This document shows positions 11,654 to 21,322 of a DNA stretch of 64,000 nt, in pieces; the first letter of the stretch is position 1, and each line of letters starts with the position of its first letter. The stretch lies in NCBI GenBank assembly GCA_963804995.1, contig CAWDSK010000003.1, positions 1,120,001-1,184,000 of the forward strand. Reading direction: 5' to 3'. The translations under genes were made by a program, and so were the position numbers. The notes beneath the pieces were generated by a model. It was given only the letters and a program-made list of their open reading frames with translations. It did not search any database and had not been told where the DNA came from. Source of the stretch: an uncultured Acidobacteriota bacterium (lineage in GTDB: Bacteria > Acidobacteriota > Terriglobia > UBA7540).

Positions 11654-11689
11654 GCGGCCGACGGCCCCTGCTGTCGGCCGCTGCGTTTT
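11654..11689 (+). terminator. Probable terminator hairpin
   Basis: GCGGCCGACGG...CTGTCGGCCGC followed by a short T-run. Confidence 0.5.
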
Positions 11690-12201
11690 AGAAGCCAGGG
11701 GTCACCGGCGCAAAGGACCCTGTCGGCGTCACTCGCGAAAGCGACTTCGCGCGGAGGAACCGCACGCGAAAAGTCATAGGAAAAAAACGCATGAAGTTGG
11801 GAAAGTAAGTGGGACCTCGCTCGCTATGCCCCGCGGAAAGCAACAAGTGGGACAGTCCCACTTCTTTACAAACAGTCGCGGGCCTACAGATTTAAAGTGG
11901 GACAACAGGTGATGCTGAGCCCGACCTCCTCGCTCATCACCCAACCCGACATGCAGATTCCCTCCTCCGGTTCTCACGCCAACTCTAGCAAGAACCGCCG
12001 CGTTTCGAAGCCGGGGGCGCCGCATTGCACACCACAACTTTTTCCCTTTACCTTTGGATTTTCCTCTTCAGCCCCGCGGTGTTGCCCTTCCACCCACGCC
12101 CCAGAGACTCGCAGGCAAATCGGGCACAGACAAATCCGGCATATAAACGTCCGCCTCCTGCCGTGTTAGATTCGCGCCTAATCCCCGGATTGAGGTTCAT
12201 C

Positions 12202-15003
12202 ATGCGAAAAGCTCTTGTGCTCATGTTTCTTCTGCTTGTCCTCCCCGCCGTAGCGGGTGAGGGGCCGCGCTTGCCGATGCAGGCCCGGTTTGAAGACAGC
12301 GCCATGTACCGCTGGCTGCAAAAGCCGGTTCTCGAAACGCGGCTCCTCGACGACATGGAGAATCCCTCCACGTGGGTGCACAGCGGCTTTGGAGAAATGA
12401 CCTTCACCACGGAGCGGGCGATTGACGGCCGCCAGTCGTTGCGCCTTCAGGGCACGCTGGATCTGACCTCGGGCTACCGGTCGCGAACTATCACCGCCAC
12501 CCGCCCCTTCCCGGGCGAGGATTGGAGCAAGTCGAATCGCCTTTCCTTCTGGGTCTACCCCAACCTTCCGGGCTTCCACAACATCTCGATGCAAGTCTCT
12601 TTGCACAACGACGGCGCGTACAAGGTCCCCACCATGTGGAACCGCGAGGGGTTCAACACTTTCGAACTGGAAAACCAGAAGTGGAACCACATCGTCTGGG
12701 AGATTGCGAATCTGGCGCGCGACAAGGTGACGAGCGTGGTGATCGAATACCTGAACGACGGACGCGAGCCGCAGGCGGACCCCGTGGTCACATTTGATCT
12801 CGACCACCTGGAGCTCCAGCGCGTCGACGCTGACCACTTCGAGGGCTGGAACGTTGCCCCCGGCCGGATTTCTTTTAGCTCGAGCGGCTACGGGACTGGC
12901 GCCCCCAAGACCGCCCTCGCGAGCAACCTTACGGCGCGCGAATTCAGCGTCGTGCGGCAGGACACGGGCGAAGTCGTCCTCACGAAAGCCGTGCGGGATC
13001 TAGAAACCGGCATCGGCCACTTCGAGGTTCTGGATTTCTCCGAGGTCCGCGCCCCGGGTCTTTATGTGCTCAAGGCAGGCAGCGAGCAGACGCCGCCCTT
13101 CCCGATTGGTGACAACGTGTGGCGTAGCGCCATCTTCAAGGCCATCAACTTTTTTTATACGGAGCGATGCGGCACGGAGATTCCCGGCGTGCACGGGGTC
13201 TGCCACCTGGACTGGCAGGGAGTGCGCGGCGACAAGCGCATCATCATCAATGGCGGCTGGCACGATGCAGGCGACCTTTCGCAACTGCTGTTCAACACTG
13301 GCGAGGCCGTTTACGCCATGCTGAATCTAGCGGAAAAACTCCGGATGCGGGACCAAGACCCTGAACTTTCCGGCCGCCTGGTGGAGGAAGCGAAGTGGGG
13401 CCTCGAGTGGATTCTCAAAACCAATATGGGTGATGGCTACCGCATTGTGGCCTCAGGCATGGGTCACTGGACAGACGGCATCCTGGGAAATGGCGACGAC
13501 ATCGTGGAGCAAGCGAACCAGGCGCCCTATGAGGACTTTCTCGCGGCGGCGGCGGAAGCGCTGGCGGCGCGCGTGCTCAAGACGGATGACCCGGGCCTTG
13601 CCGCCTACAGCCTGCGCATGGCGCGCGACGACTGGCGATTCGGCGTCGAGGCCATGGGCATCAAGGAGCCGCGCCGCGACACGCTGGGCGAAAAAATCGA
13701 CGAGCTCTCGACGGGCGTGCTGGCCTCGCTCGATTTGTACCGCGCCACGGGCGAGCCGCGCTATGCCGACAAGGCCCGCGAATATGGTCAGGTGCTGGTG
13801 TCCATGCAGGAGCGCAAGCTTCATGCCGACTGGAAAGCGCCCATCACGGGCTACTTTTACACCAGTCCCGAAAAAGACGAACTCCAACATTACAGCCATC
13901 CCGGCCACGCCCAGGGCCCCATGGTCGCGCTCACCCGCCTGTGCGAGGATTTCCCCAACAACCCCGACTGGATGAAATGGTATGCGGCCGTGGCGCTGCA
14001 CTCCGAGTACTTCTTGCAAGCGATGGCGCAGTTCACGGAACCTTACAGCGTGCTGCCCGCCTCGGTGTATCGCGACGATGAGTATTTGCGGGCGCCTGAG
14101 GACCGGCGCGATTCCTATCGGCGGCAAATCCTGAACGGAATCGAAATCGGCAAGGGATATCATCTGCGCCTCTTCCCGGTGTGGTTCGAGCGGCGGGGGA
14201 CGAACGGCACGGGGCTATCAGAAAGCAAGGCGCTTTCCGCCGCGGCGCACCTGCGCGGGAGTCTCGTGGCAGCGGACCTGGCAGAGAAACAGTTGGAATG
14301 GATTGCCGGGCGGAATCCCTTCGCGCAAAGCATCATGTACGGCGAGGGCTACGACTTCGCGCCCATGTACTCTCCCGCGTCCGGTGACATCGTGGGCGCG
14401 CTCTCCGTGGGCATCGAGGCGCGCGATGACAGCGATATACCTTACTGGCCCGCCGCCACCTGCTACAACTACAAAGAAGTTTGGACGCACGCCGTTTCCC
14501 GCTGGCTTTATCTGGTGCAGGATCTGGCCGGTCCCGGGCTGGTCATGGGCCGCGCCCAGGGTGGGGAGCTGGAATTTCGTGGGAAGGACAGCGACCAGAC
14601 CATCCGGGTGCCGGTCGATCCCGCCACCGGCGCCTTCCGCGCCTGGTTGCCGGAAGGTACGTACGAGGTGCAGGGAAAGTCCCTGACCGTTCTGCCCAGC
14701 GCCACGTATGACCTCAACCTAATACCAGGTCACGACTTCAACCTCGCGTTGACGCAGAAAACGGACCGGGCCGGCCGAGTTTCCATCAGCATCACCGCGC
14801 GCGGCAAAGGTACTCACCAACTGGCATTCCGCACGGATAACCTTGCGCTCGCCCGGCAGGTGGTCACGCTGAATCTGGATTCACCCAGCGGTGGGACGAT
14901 GACACTCGAAGGCAAAGTCGATGCCCTAGATAGCCCCTGGGTCGCGGTGGTGGTCCCTGATAACAATCTGGCGGAGAGGCAGGAACTCCTCGGCGCCCCT
15001 TGA
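12202..15003 (+). CDS. Secreted glycoside hydrolase family 9-like protein (Ig-like plus alpha/alpha barrel)
   Basis: Signal peptide MRKALVLMFLLL; GGWHDAGD motif; EEAKWGLEWILK; GRNPF. Confidence 0.8.
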   Translation: MRKALVLMFLLLVLPAVAGEGPRLPMQARFEDSAMYRWLQKPVLETRLLDDMENPSTWVHSGFGEMTFTTERAIDGRQSLRLQGTLDLTSGYRSRTITATRPFPGEDWSKSNRLSFWVYPNLPGFHNISMQVSLHNDGAYKVPTMWNREGFNTFELENQKWNHIVWEIANLARDKVTSVVIEYLNDGREPQADPVVTFDLDHLELQRVDADHFEGWNVAPGRISFSSSGYGTGAPKTALASNLTAREFSVVRQDTGEVVLTKAVRDLETGIGHFEVLDFSEVRAPGLYVLKAGSEQTPPFPIGDNVWRSAIFKAINFFYTERCGTEIPGVHGVCHLDWQGVRGDKRIIINGGWHDAGDLSQLLFNTGEAVYAMLNLAEKLRMRDQDPELSGRLVEEAKWGLEWILKTNMGDGYRIVASGMGHWTDGILGNGDDIVEQANQAPYEDFLAAAAEALAARVLKTDDPGLAAYSLRMARDDWRFGVEAMGIKEPRRDTLGEKIDELSTGVLASLDLYRATGEPRYADKAREYGQVLVSMQERKLHADWKAPITGYFYTSPEKDELQHYSHPGHAQGPMVALTRLCEDFPNNPDWMKWYAAVALHSEYFLQAMAQFTEPYSVLPASVYRDDEYLRAPEDRRDSYRRQILNGIEIGKGYHLRLFPVWFERRGTNGTGLSESKALSAAAHLRGSLVAADLAEKQLEWIAGRNPFAQSIMYGEGYDFAPMYSPASGDIVGALSVGIEARDDSDIPYWPAATCYNYKEVWTHAVSRWLYLVQDLAGPGLVMGRAQGGELEFRGKDSDQTIRVPVDPATGAFRAWLPEGTYEVQGKSLTVLPSATYDLNLIPGHDFNLALTQKTDRAGRVSISITARGKGTHQLAFRTDNLALARQVVTLNLDSPSGGTMTLEGKVDALDSPWVAVVVPDNNLAERQELLGAP

Positions 15004-15553
15004 TGCGCCACGCAGTACCGAGCGGCGGAGCCGCAACCAGAATGTGCCACGGGCATCCTGCCCGTGTCGGGGTCACGGGCGGGACCCCGATGAATCGGGG
15101 CAGGCAGCCCGTGGCACAACGTAGGGCCCAGCGGCGCTGGGCCGGCCGAACGCCGTTCGGCCCTACGAAAAACACGCGGTCGCCGCGGCGACCCCTACAC
15201 CCCGGGTTGCTGCTCCGCCCCGCTACCCGCTTATAGCCCTCGGTCGCCGCGGCGACAGAGGGTGGCGAGCCGCCGGCGTACTCATCAGCCGGGGCGCGAC
15301 GGGTGAGGGGGTGCTTTCGACACGAAGTTCATACGAAATTCGCAAACCAAGGTTCTGGTGAGCCCGAAATGAATTTCATCCTCGTCAGGAAAACCGCCGA
15401 TAACGATACGGGGGAGTGTCGGGGAAACAGCGAGGGGGGCAGGAGGAATGGTGGGCAGGCGCGGGGCGAGCCCGCACGGTAGCACAGGCACTCCTGCCTG
15501 TGAATGCGGCCCGCGAAGAGTGTCTGAATGGAGAGAATTGGGAGTTATAACCA

Positions 15554-16108
15554 ATGCGTAAAGACACTTTACGGGGTGTCTGGGCTTGGAGTTTGATTAC
15601 GTTCTTGATTGTTGGATTCCCGCCGCTCAAATCGTCGGATGATGGGACCTCCAAGGTCCAGGTTGTTAGCGTCGGAGTCAAAATGTTAAACAACAAGGTT
15701 GAACTCCGACTGAAGGTGATCAACAGATCGGACAGACCCGTGTTTCTGGCAGGATCCAATTTCGATAGGCCCGAGCCGGCCGCCGTGTTCCTTGAACAGT
15801 GGGGCGGGGGAGAAGGCTGGACGGCGGTGGCCCCTTGCTTGGACGTGCCACCTGGGAACGTGATCAGTCTGGATCCAGGCAAGGCCATTGCTTCGGGTTA
15901 CGATTTGAAAGTTCTGCCCCCAAAGCTAGGGGTCTGTAAAGCACCGAACCTTCAATTTGGAGGCCGCTTCCGGTATCGAGTAATCTATTTTATGAGCAAG
16001 AAGGAGGCCCAGATCTACGCCGAACACGTGTACTCCCCGAGCCTTCAGCCACCGGGCGCTCACGTTGCACTGTCGGAGCCATTCGAAATCCCACCAGCGA
16101 AGAAATAG
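15554..16108 (+). CDS. Hypothetical exported protein
   Basis: GGAG RBS, N-terminal hydrophobic segment, 184 aa beta-rich composition. Confidence 0.65.
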   Translation: MRKDTLRGVWAWSLITFLIVGFPPLKSSDDGTSKVQVVSVGVKMLNNKVELRLKVINRSDRPVFLAGSNFDRPEPAAVFLEQWGGGEGWTAVAPCLDVPPGNVISLDPGKAIASGYDLKVLPPKLGVCKAPNLQFGGRFRYRVIYFMSKKEAQIYAEHVYSPSLQPPGAHVALSEPFEIPPAKK

Positions 16109-16222
16109 GCAGCCGGGGGCTCGAAAGGAAGTCGAGAATGCCTCCGCGCGCGCAGCGAGAAACGTGAGGCGCAGGGCTGGACCCGCCCTGTGGCAGCCGG
16201 CCGCTTTTTGAGGACATCTATT

Positions 16223-16303
16223 ATGAAAAGCCTATTGCTGTTGACGTTCTTGTTCCCCCCGATCCTGTGGGGAGCTTCTATGCCAGCAAGTAGCGCAGCC
16301 TAG
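16223..16303 (+). pseudogene. Signal-peptide-only micro-ORF (MKSLLLLTFLFPPILWGASMPASSAA)
   Basis: GAGGA RBS; its stop codon abuts the first REP arm. Confidence 0.4.
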
Positions 16304-16745
16304 GTAGCGCAGAGTCTGGCCCTTTCAGACTCTGCGGCTCTTAATCTAATAAACATTCGCTATAGTATTAACACGCGACTTAACCACCAAACATGGTGAC
16401 TCAGTATCCACTGGGGGAATAAGCGGTGATCGCCGGTCGCGCCCAACCAACGAAGGGCCGCAGAGTCTCGAAGAGCACGAGACTCTGCGCTACCTCGCTG
16501 ATCAGGATAATTAAGTAAGGCCGGCTGGCGCAGACGCTAAAAAGGGGAGGTAGCGCAGAGTCTGGCCCTTTCAGACTCTGCGGCTCTTAATCTGATAAAC
16601 ATGCACTGTATCATTAACACCTAACTTAACCACCTAACATGGGGAATCAGTCTCCTTTGGGGAAATAAGCTGTGGTCGGGGGTTGCGTCCAACCAACGAA
16701 GAGCCGCAGAGTCTCGAAAAGCGCGAGACTCTGCGCTACCTCGCT
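16303..16745. repeat. Two tandem REPIN-like units (inverted GTAGCGCAGAGTCT REP pairs with homologous spacers)
   Basis: Each unit reads GTAGCGCAGAGTCTGGCCCTTTCAGACTCTGCGGCTCTTAATCT ... GCCGCAGAGTCTCGAA..GAGACTCTGCGCTACC. Relatives at 19819-19865 and 37311-37607. Confidence 0.8.
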
Positions 16746-16953
16746 ACCTAGCTAAAAGACGATTGCACCAGGTGGCGCAGACTGGGTAGCGCGGCTGAGG
16801 GATTTACCACCCCTTTGCCTCATGTGCTCCCGTAACCACCCCGTCGCCTTCGGCGCCACCCCTCCCTTCGACAGGCTCAGGGCAGGCTCTGAATCAGGCG
16901 GGGAGCCTTTGAAAACTCCCCTCCTCAGATGAGGAGGGGTGGCGCGCTGAGCG

Positions 16954-17037
16954 CCGATAGCGTGTTCTTTCCAAATTGATCATCGGGGCCGAGCCCCGAT
17001 AGCGTGTTCTTTCCAAATTGATCATCGGGGCCGAGCG
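16954..17037. repeat. 42-bp tandem duplication nested in a larger repeat
   Basis: CCGATAGCGTGTTCTTTCCAAATTGATCATCGGGGCCGAGC, two copies. Confidence 0.85.
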
Positions 17038-17142
17038 CCGGGGTGGTGCTGATCAGCGCGGCGGGGCCGCAACCGGAACGTGCCACGGGCATCCTGCCGG
17101 CTCCGTAGGTGGATGAGGGTCTGCTCATCGGGTGGTGAAGTA

Positions 17143-17212
17143 ACCCCTCACCCGTCCCGCCCCGGCTGATGAAAACGCCGGTTGCGGTCCACCCTCTCCC
17201 CTCGGAGAGGGC
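17143..17212 (+). repeat. CCCCTCACCCGTCCCGCCCCGGCTG...CCACCCTCTCCC REP-like family copy
   Basis: Near-identical to copies at about 2798, 20005 (reverse), 34341 and 38763; more divergent copies at about 4155, 15255, 34105 and 40218. Confidence 0.8.
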
Positions 17213-17389
17213 TATGATTTCAATTCCTATCCCTCGAGGTTGAGCAAGCAAGTAGCGCAGCGGGCCGGCTGGCGCAGGGCGAGCCCAGCCCTGCGATTCA
17301 CGTGGCTGAACATGCCCGGCGGAAGTGCCGTTGACGGCGCTTCCCCGCGGTGTATAGTGGTGGTCCACAATTCCTGAGGGGCGAGGATT

Positions 17390-19741
17390 ATGAACAGACG
17401 GCAGTTCGTCCGGAATTCGGCATTCGGGCTGGCGGCGCTTACCGCTAACTTGGCCGACCAGAATCCGCTAGAACTCAATTCGTTTGCATCGGAAATTCAG
17501 ACGTTGCCTGGCACCGAAGCGTTGACGTGGACCGAGGATCTCTCCGTGAAGATGATGGACGGCGCCCATCGCTATATCGAGCGGAAGATCGATGAGTCGG
17601 TGCGCACCAGGCAGAAGCATTGGAGCCGTGAAACCTCCAGCCGCGAGGCCTATGAGAAGTCGGTCGAGCCCAATCGCCGGCGATTCCTGGAAAAGATTGG
17701 CGTCGTTGACACGCGCGAGGCCGTGGTGATGGAGCGCTGCGCAAACGATTCGGATCCTGAAGTGGTCTCGGAGACCGCAACTTATCGCGTTTACATGGTG
17801 CGCTGGCCGGTTTTGGACGGTGTTCACGGGGAAGGGTTGCTGCTCGAGCCCAAGCGGCCGCCGGTGGCACGGATCGTCGCGCTCCCCGACGCCGACGCGA
17901 CTCCTGAACAGCTCGCAGGCCTTGCGCCGGGCATGGAACGCGATACGCAATTCGCCCGCCGCTTAGCCGAAAGCGGCTGCCTGGTAATTGTTCCGACCCT
18001 GATCGACAGGGCCGTGCGCTGGCCCGACACGCCGGACGGGAAACGCCGGGTGGAGCATGGCATTACGCATCGCGAGTGGATTTATCGCCAGGCGTTTCAC
18101 ATGGGCCGGCACATCATCGGCTACGAGGTGCAAAAAGTTTTGGCCGCGGTCGACTGGTTCCAGAAGCAGGCCCCGCAGGTTCCGGTGGGCGTGGCCGGCT
18201 ACGGTGAGGGTGGCCTGCTGGCGTTCTATTCGGCCGCGGCGGACCCTCGCATCCGGGCGGCCTGGGTCAGCGGCTATTTCAGCTCACGACAAGGCGTCTG
18301 GTCAGAGCCCATCTATCGCAACGTCTGGGGATTGCTCGAAGAGTTCGGAGACGCTGAGCTCGCCACTTTGATTGCGCCCCGGGGATTGGTGGTGGAATAC
18401 AGCGCCTGCCCGCCAGTGAAAGGGCAGAAAGGTGACGTGGTAACGCCCGACTTTCAAACCGTGGCGACGGAATTTGAACGCGTCGGCACGTTGCTGCCCT
18501 CTGGCTTTCAGCCGCGCGAGCTCGTGCGCGGGCCGGGTGACGGGCTGGTTGGCCCGGGCTCCAGGCAGGCCTTGGACGCATTCCTAAAGCTGCTGGGGGC
18601 AGGCGCGTCCGTGCGCGCTTCGGGTTCTTCACCGGTCGATGCGCGCAAATCTTTTGACCCCGCCGCGAGGCAGGACCGCCAGGTGGAAGAACTCGAGAAC
18701 CGCGTCCAGGCCATGGTTGAAAACTCCGACCACGTGCGCGCGGAGTTCTGGTTTGATAAGTTCCTGCCCGACTTCGAAACGGAACCGTGGTCCATGAGCT
18801 TGCGCTTTGCTCCACGTTCGCCCGAGCCGTTCATCCAGGGAGCCGCCTGGTATCGCGACCACCTCTGGAACGAAGTCCTCGGAAAATTGACGGAACCCAT
18901 GCTGCCGCCCCGTCCCCGCACTCGCCAAATTTATGACCGGGAACGATGGGTGGGGTACGACGTGGTTTTGGACGTCTGGGAAGACGTTTTCGCCTGGGGA
19001 ATTTTGCTGGTCCCCAAGGACCTTCAGCCGGGCGAGCGGCGGTCGGTGGTGGTGTGCCAGCACGGACGCAGTGGCCTGCCCAAGGACGTCATTGAGGAAG
19101 GTGGAACCGGTGAAGCCTACTACCGTTGCTTTGCCGCGCGACTGGCCGACCGCGGGTTCGTGACCTTTGCGCCGCACGCCCTTTATCGGGGCGAGGATCG
19201 CTACCGCTACCTCAGCCGCAAGGGCAATGGGATCAAAGCCTCCTTGTTCTCCTTCATCATCGCCCAGCACGACCAGACGCTGCGCTGGCTGCAGTCGCTC
19301 CCCTTCGTCAATCCGGAACGCATCGCCTTTTACGGGCTCAGCTACGGGGGAGAAACCGCGGTCCGCGTGCCGCCGGTCCTCGAAAATTATTGCTTGTCGA
19401 TTTGCTCGGGTGATTACAACAACTGGACCCGGAAAGTGGCTGCCACGGACTACCCGAACAGCTTCATGTCGAGCGTCGAGTGGGAGATGCCGTACTTCAA
19501 CATGGGTAACACATTCGATTACGCGGAACTGGCGGCCCTGATCTTCCCGCGTCCCTTTATGGTGGAACGGGGCCATCACGACGGGGTGGCGCGAGATCGC
19601 TTCGTGGCGTCTGAATACGCAACCATCCAGTGGTTATATGAGCAGTATGGCTTCGCGGACCGGACGGAAATCGAATACTTCAACGGCGGCCATACCATCC
19701 ACGGCGAGGGTACCTTCGCGTTTCTGGAAAAGCATCTGTGA
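17390..19741 (+). CDS. Tat-exported double alpha/beta-hydrolase (dienelactone hydrolase/esterase-like)
   Basis: MNRRQFV Tat motif; GLSYGG nucleophile elbow in the C-terminal domain and GYGEGG in the N-terminal domain. Confidence 0.8.
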   Translation: MNRRQFVRNSAFGLAALTANLADQNPLELNSFASEIQTLPGTEALTWTEDLSVKMMDGAHRYIERKIDESVRTRQKHWSRETSSREAYEKSVEPNRRRFLEKIGVVDTREAVVMERCANDSDPEVVSETATYRVYMVRWPVLDGVHGEGLLLEPKRPPVARIVALPDADATPEQLAGLAPGMERDTQFARRLAESGCLVIVPTLIDRAVRWPDTPDGKRRVEHGITHREWIYRQAFHMGRHIIGYEVQKVLAAVDWFQKQAPQVPVGVAGYGEGGLLAFYSAAADPRIRAAWVSGYFSSRQGVWSEPIYRNVWGLLEEFGDAELATLIAPRGLVVEYSACPPVKGQKGDVVTPDFQTVATEFERVGTLLPSGFQPRELVRGPGDGLVGPGSRQALDAFLKLLGAGASVRASGSSPVDARKSFDPAARQDRQVEELENRVQAMVENSDHVRAEFWFDKFLPDFETEPWSMSLRFAPRSPEPFIQGAAWYRDHLWNEVLGKLTEPMLPPRPRTRQIYDRERWVGYDVVLDVWEDVFAWGILLVPKDLQPGERRSVVVCQHGRSGLPKDVIEEGGTGEAYYRCFAARLADRGFVTFAPHALYRGEDRYRYLSRKGNGIKASLFSFIIAQHDQTLRWLQSLPFVNPERIAFYGLSYGGETAVRVPPVLENYCLSICSGDYNNWTRKVAATDYPNSFMSSVEWEMPYFNMGNTFDYAELAALIFPRPFMVERGHHDGVARDRFVASEYATIQWLYEQYGFADRTEIEYFNGGHTIHGEGTFAFLEKHL

Positions 19742-20489
19742 AGCCGTAAACACGTTTGGCGGGTGGCAGACTTCGGCTCGCTCTGCGCCAGCCTGCGGGG
19801 TGTTAATAGTAAAGTGGATGTTTATCAGATTAAGAGCCGCAGACTCTGAAAGGCACAGACTCTGCAATGCAATACCGTAAATCCTTGTTGTTTTAGCAAA
19901 CATTTTGGGGCGAGAGTTGAAAGTGGCGACTTCCATCCAAGGGACCCCTCATCCGCTTCGTACCTCAGCACCTTCTCCCCTGGGAGAAGGTTGGAAATCA
20001 GACCGCCCTCTCCGAGGGGAGAGGGTGGACCGCCGCCGGCGTTTTCATCAGCCGGGGCGGGACGGGTGAGGGGTTACTTCACCACCCGATAAGCGGACCC
20101 GCACCCAACTACGGAACTAGCAGCGCCGTTTCCAGTTTGGTTGCGCTCCTCCGCTCTGCTACCCGCTTCCTTAGATTCACGCTTCCGAATCGGAGGGCAC
20201 AACCGGATTTGCGGTTTCCCCCTACTGAAGAACCGCGGACCCCAACGGCGGGGGTCCGCGCTACCCGAACAGATTCACGGTTTCCGATACGTGGGCTAAG
20301 TGAGAAGGCTGGCGGCTGCCGGGGAGAATCATTGGGAATTGCCATCCAGGCCCGTAAGAGTTTAAGATGGCATTCCCAATCCAGAGGGAAACATGTCAAC
20401 CCAATACGTTCGATGCGGTATGGTTATGGCCAGCCGGCACGGCTGCTAACCCCAATTTCTAGCCGGCTTAGTTGCTCCAAGGAGGGCAA

Positions 20490-21297
20490 ATGCAAGGTCC
20501 AAAATTGAAGCAGTGCTATGAGCATTACACCTGGCCCGAAATGAAAGAGGTCATCGCCCGCCAGCCGGTGTGCATTCTGCCCATCGGTTCGGTGGAGGAC
20601 CACGGCAAGCACCTGCCGCTCAACGTCGATAATTACCTGATCGGCACGATCTGCGACGAGGTGGCCCGGCGGATTCCGGATGAGGTGCTTCTGCTGCCAC
20701 CCATCCCCTACGGCTTCGAGGACCATCACATGAGCTTCCCCGGGACGATCACCATTCGGCCTGAGACCCTGGAAGCCTTTGTGCTGGATATTACTTTGAG
20801 CCTCGCCCATCACGGCTTCCGCAAAATTCTGCTGGCCGACGGCCACGGCAGTAATATGCCCATCCTCAACCTCGCCGCGCGCAAGACGATTATTCAGTCT
20901 GACGCGCTCTGCGCCTGCTTCATCTGGCCCTCGCTTATCACCGGCTTGATCAAGAGCACGCGTGAGAGTCCCTTCCCGGGCGGCATGTCGCATGCCTGCG
21001 AACTCGAAGACCTCGGTATACCTTTATCTGAATGAGTCAGCCGTGCAAATGGACAAGGCTGAAAAGGAAATCGGCTTTCACCCGTCAAAATATTATTGGC
21101 ACGATCTGGGCGGCGGGCCTCCCGTACGGATGGTCGAATGGTGGACACGGATATCGAACAGCGGCGTTGTGGGTGACCCCACGCTCGCTACCCGCGAGAA
21201 GGGCAAGCTCTGGTTCGAGGCCACGGTCACCAATCTCATCGAATTCATTCGGGAGTTCCGCGGCTTTGAGGTTCGCCCCAAGGTGGATCACCACTGA
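20490..21297 (+). CDS. Creatininase/creatinine amidohydrolase family protein; +1 frameshift near 21008
   Basis: PIGSVEDHGKHLP..D, DGHGSN, HACELE, then TSVYLYL and GVVGDPTLATREKG in the next frame. Confidence 0.88.
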
Positions 21298-21322
21298 TGA
21301 CCCGGGTCGGCCTGAAGCTCTG

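Noticed and set aside
16303..16790. Possible CRISPR array
   Set aside because: Repeats are inverted hairpin pairs with long homologous spacers, not direct repeats with unique ~30-40 bp spacers; no cas genes.
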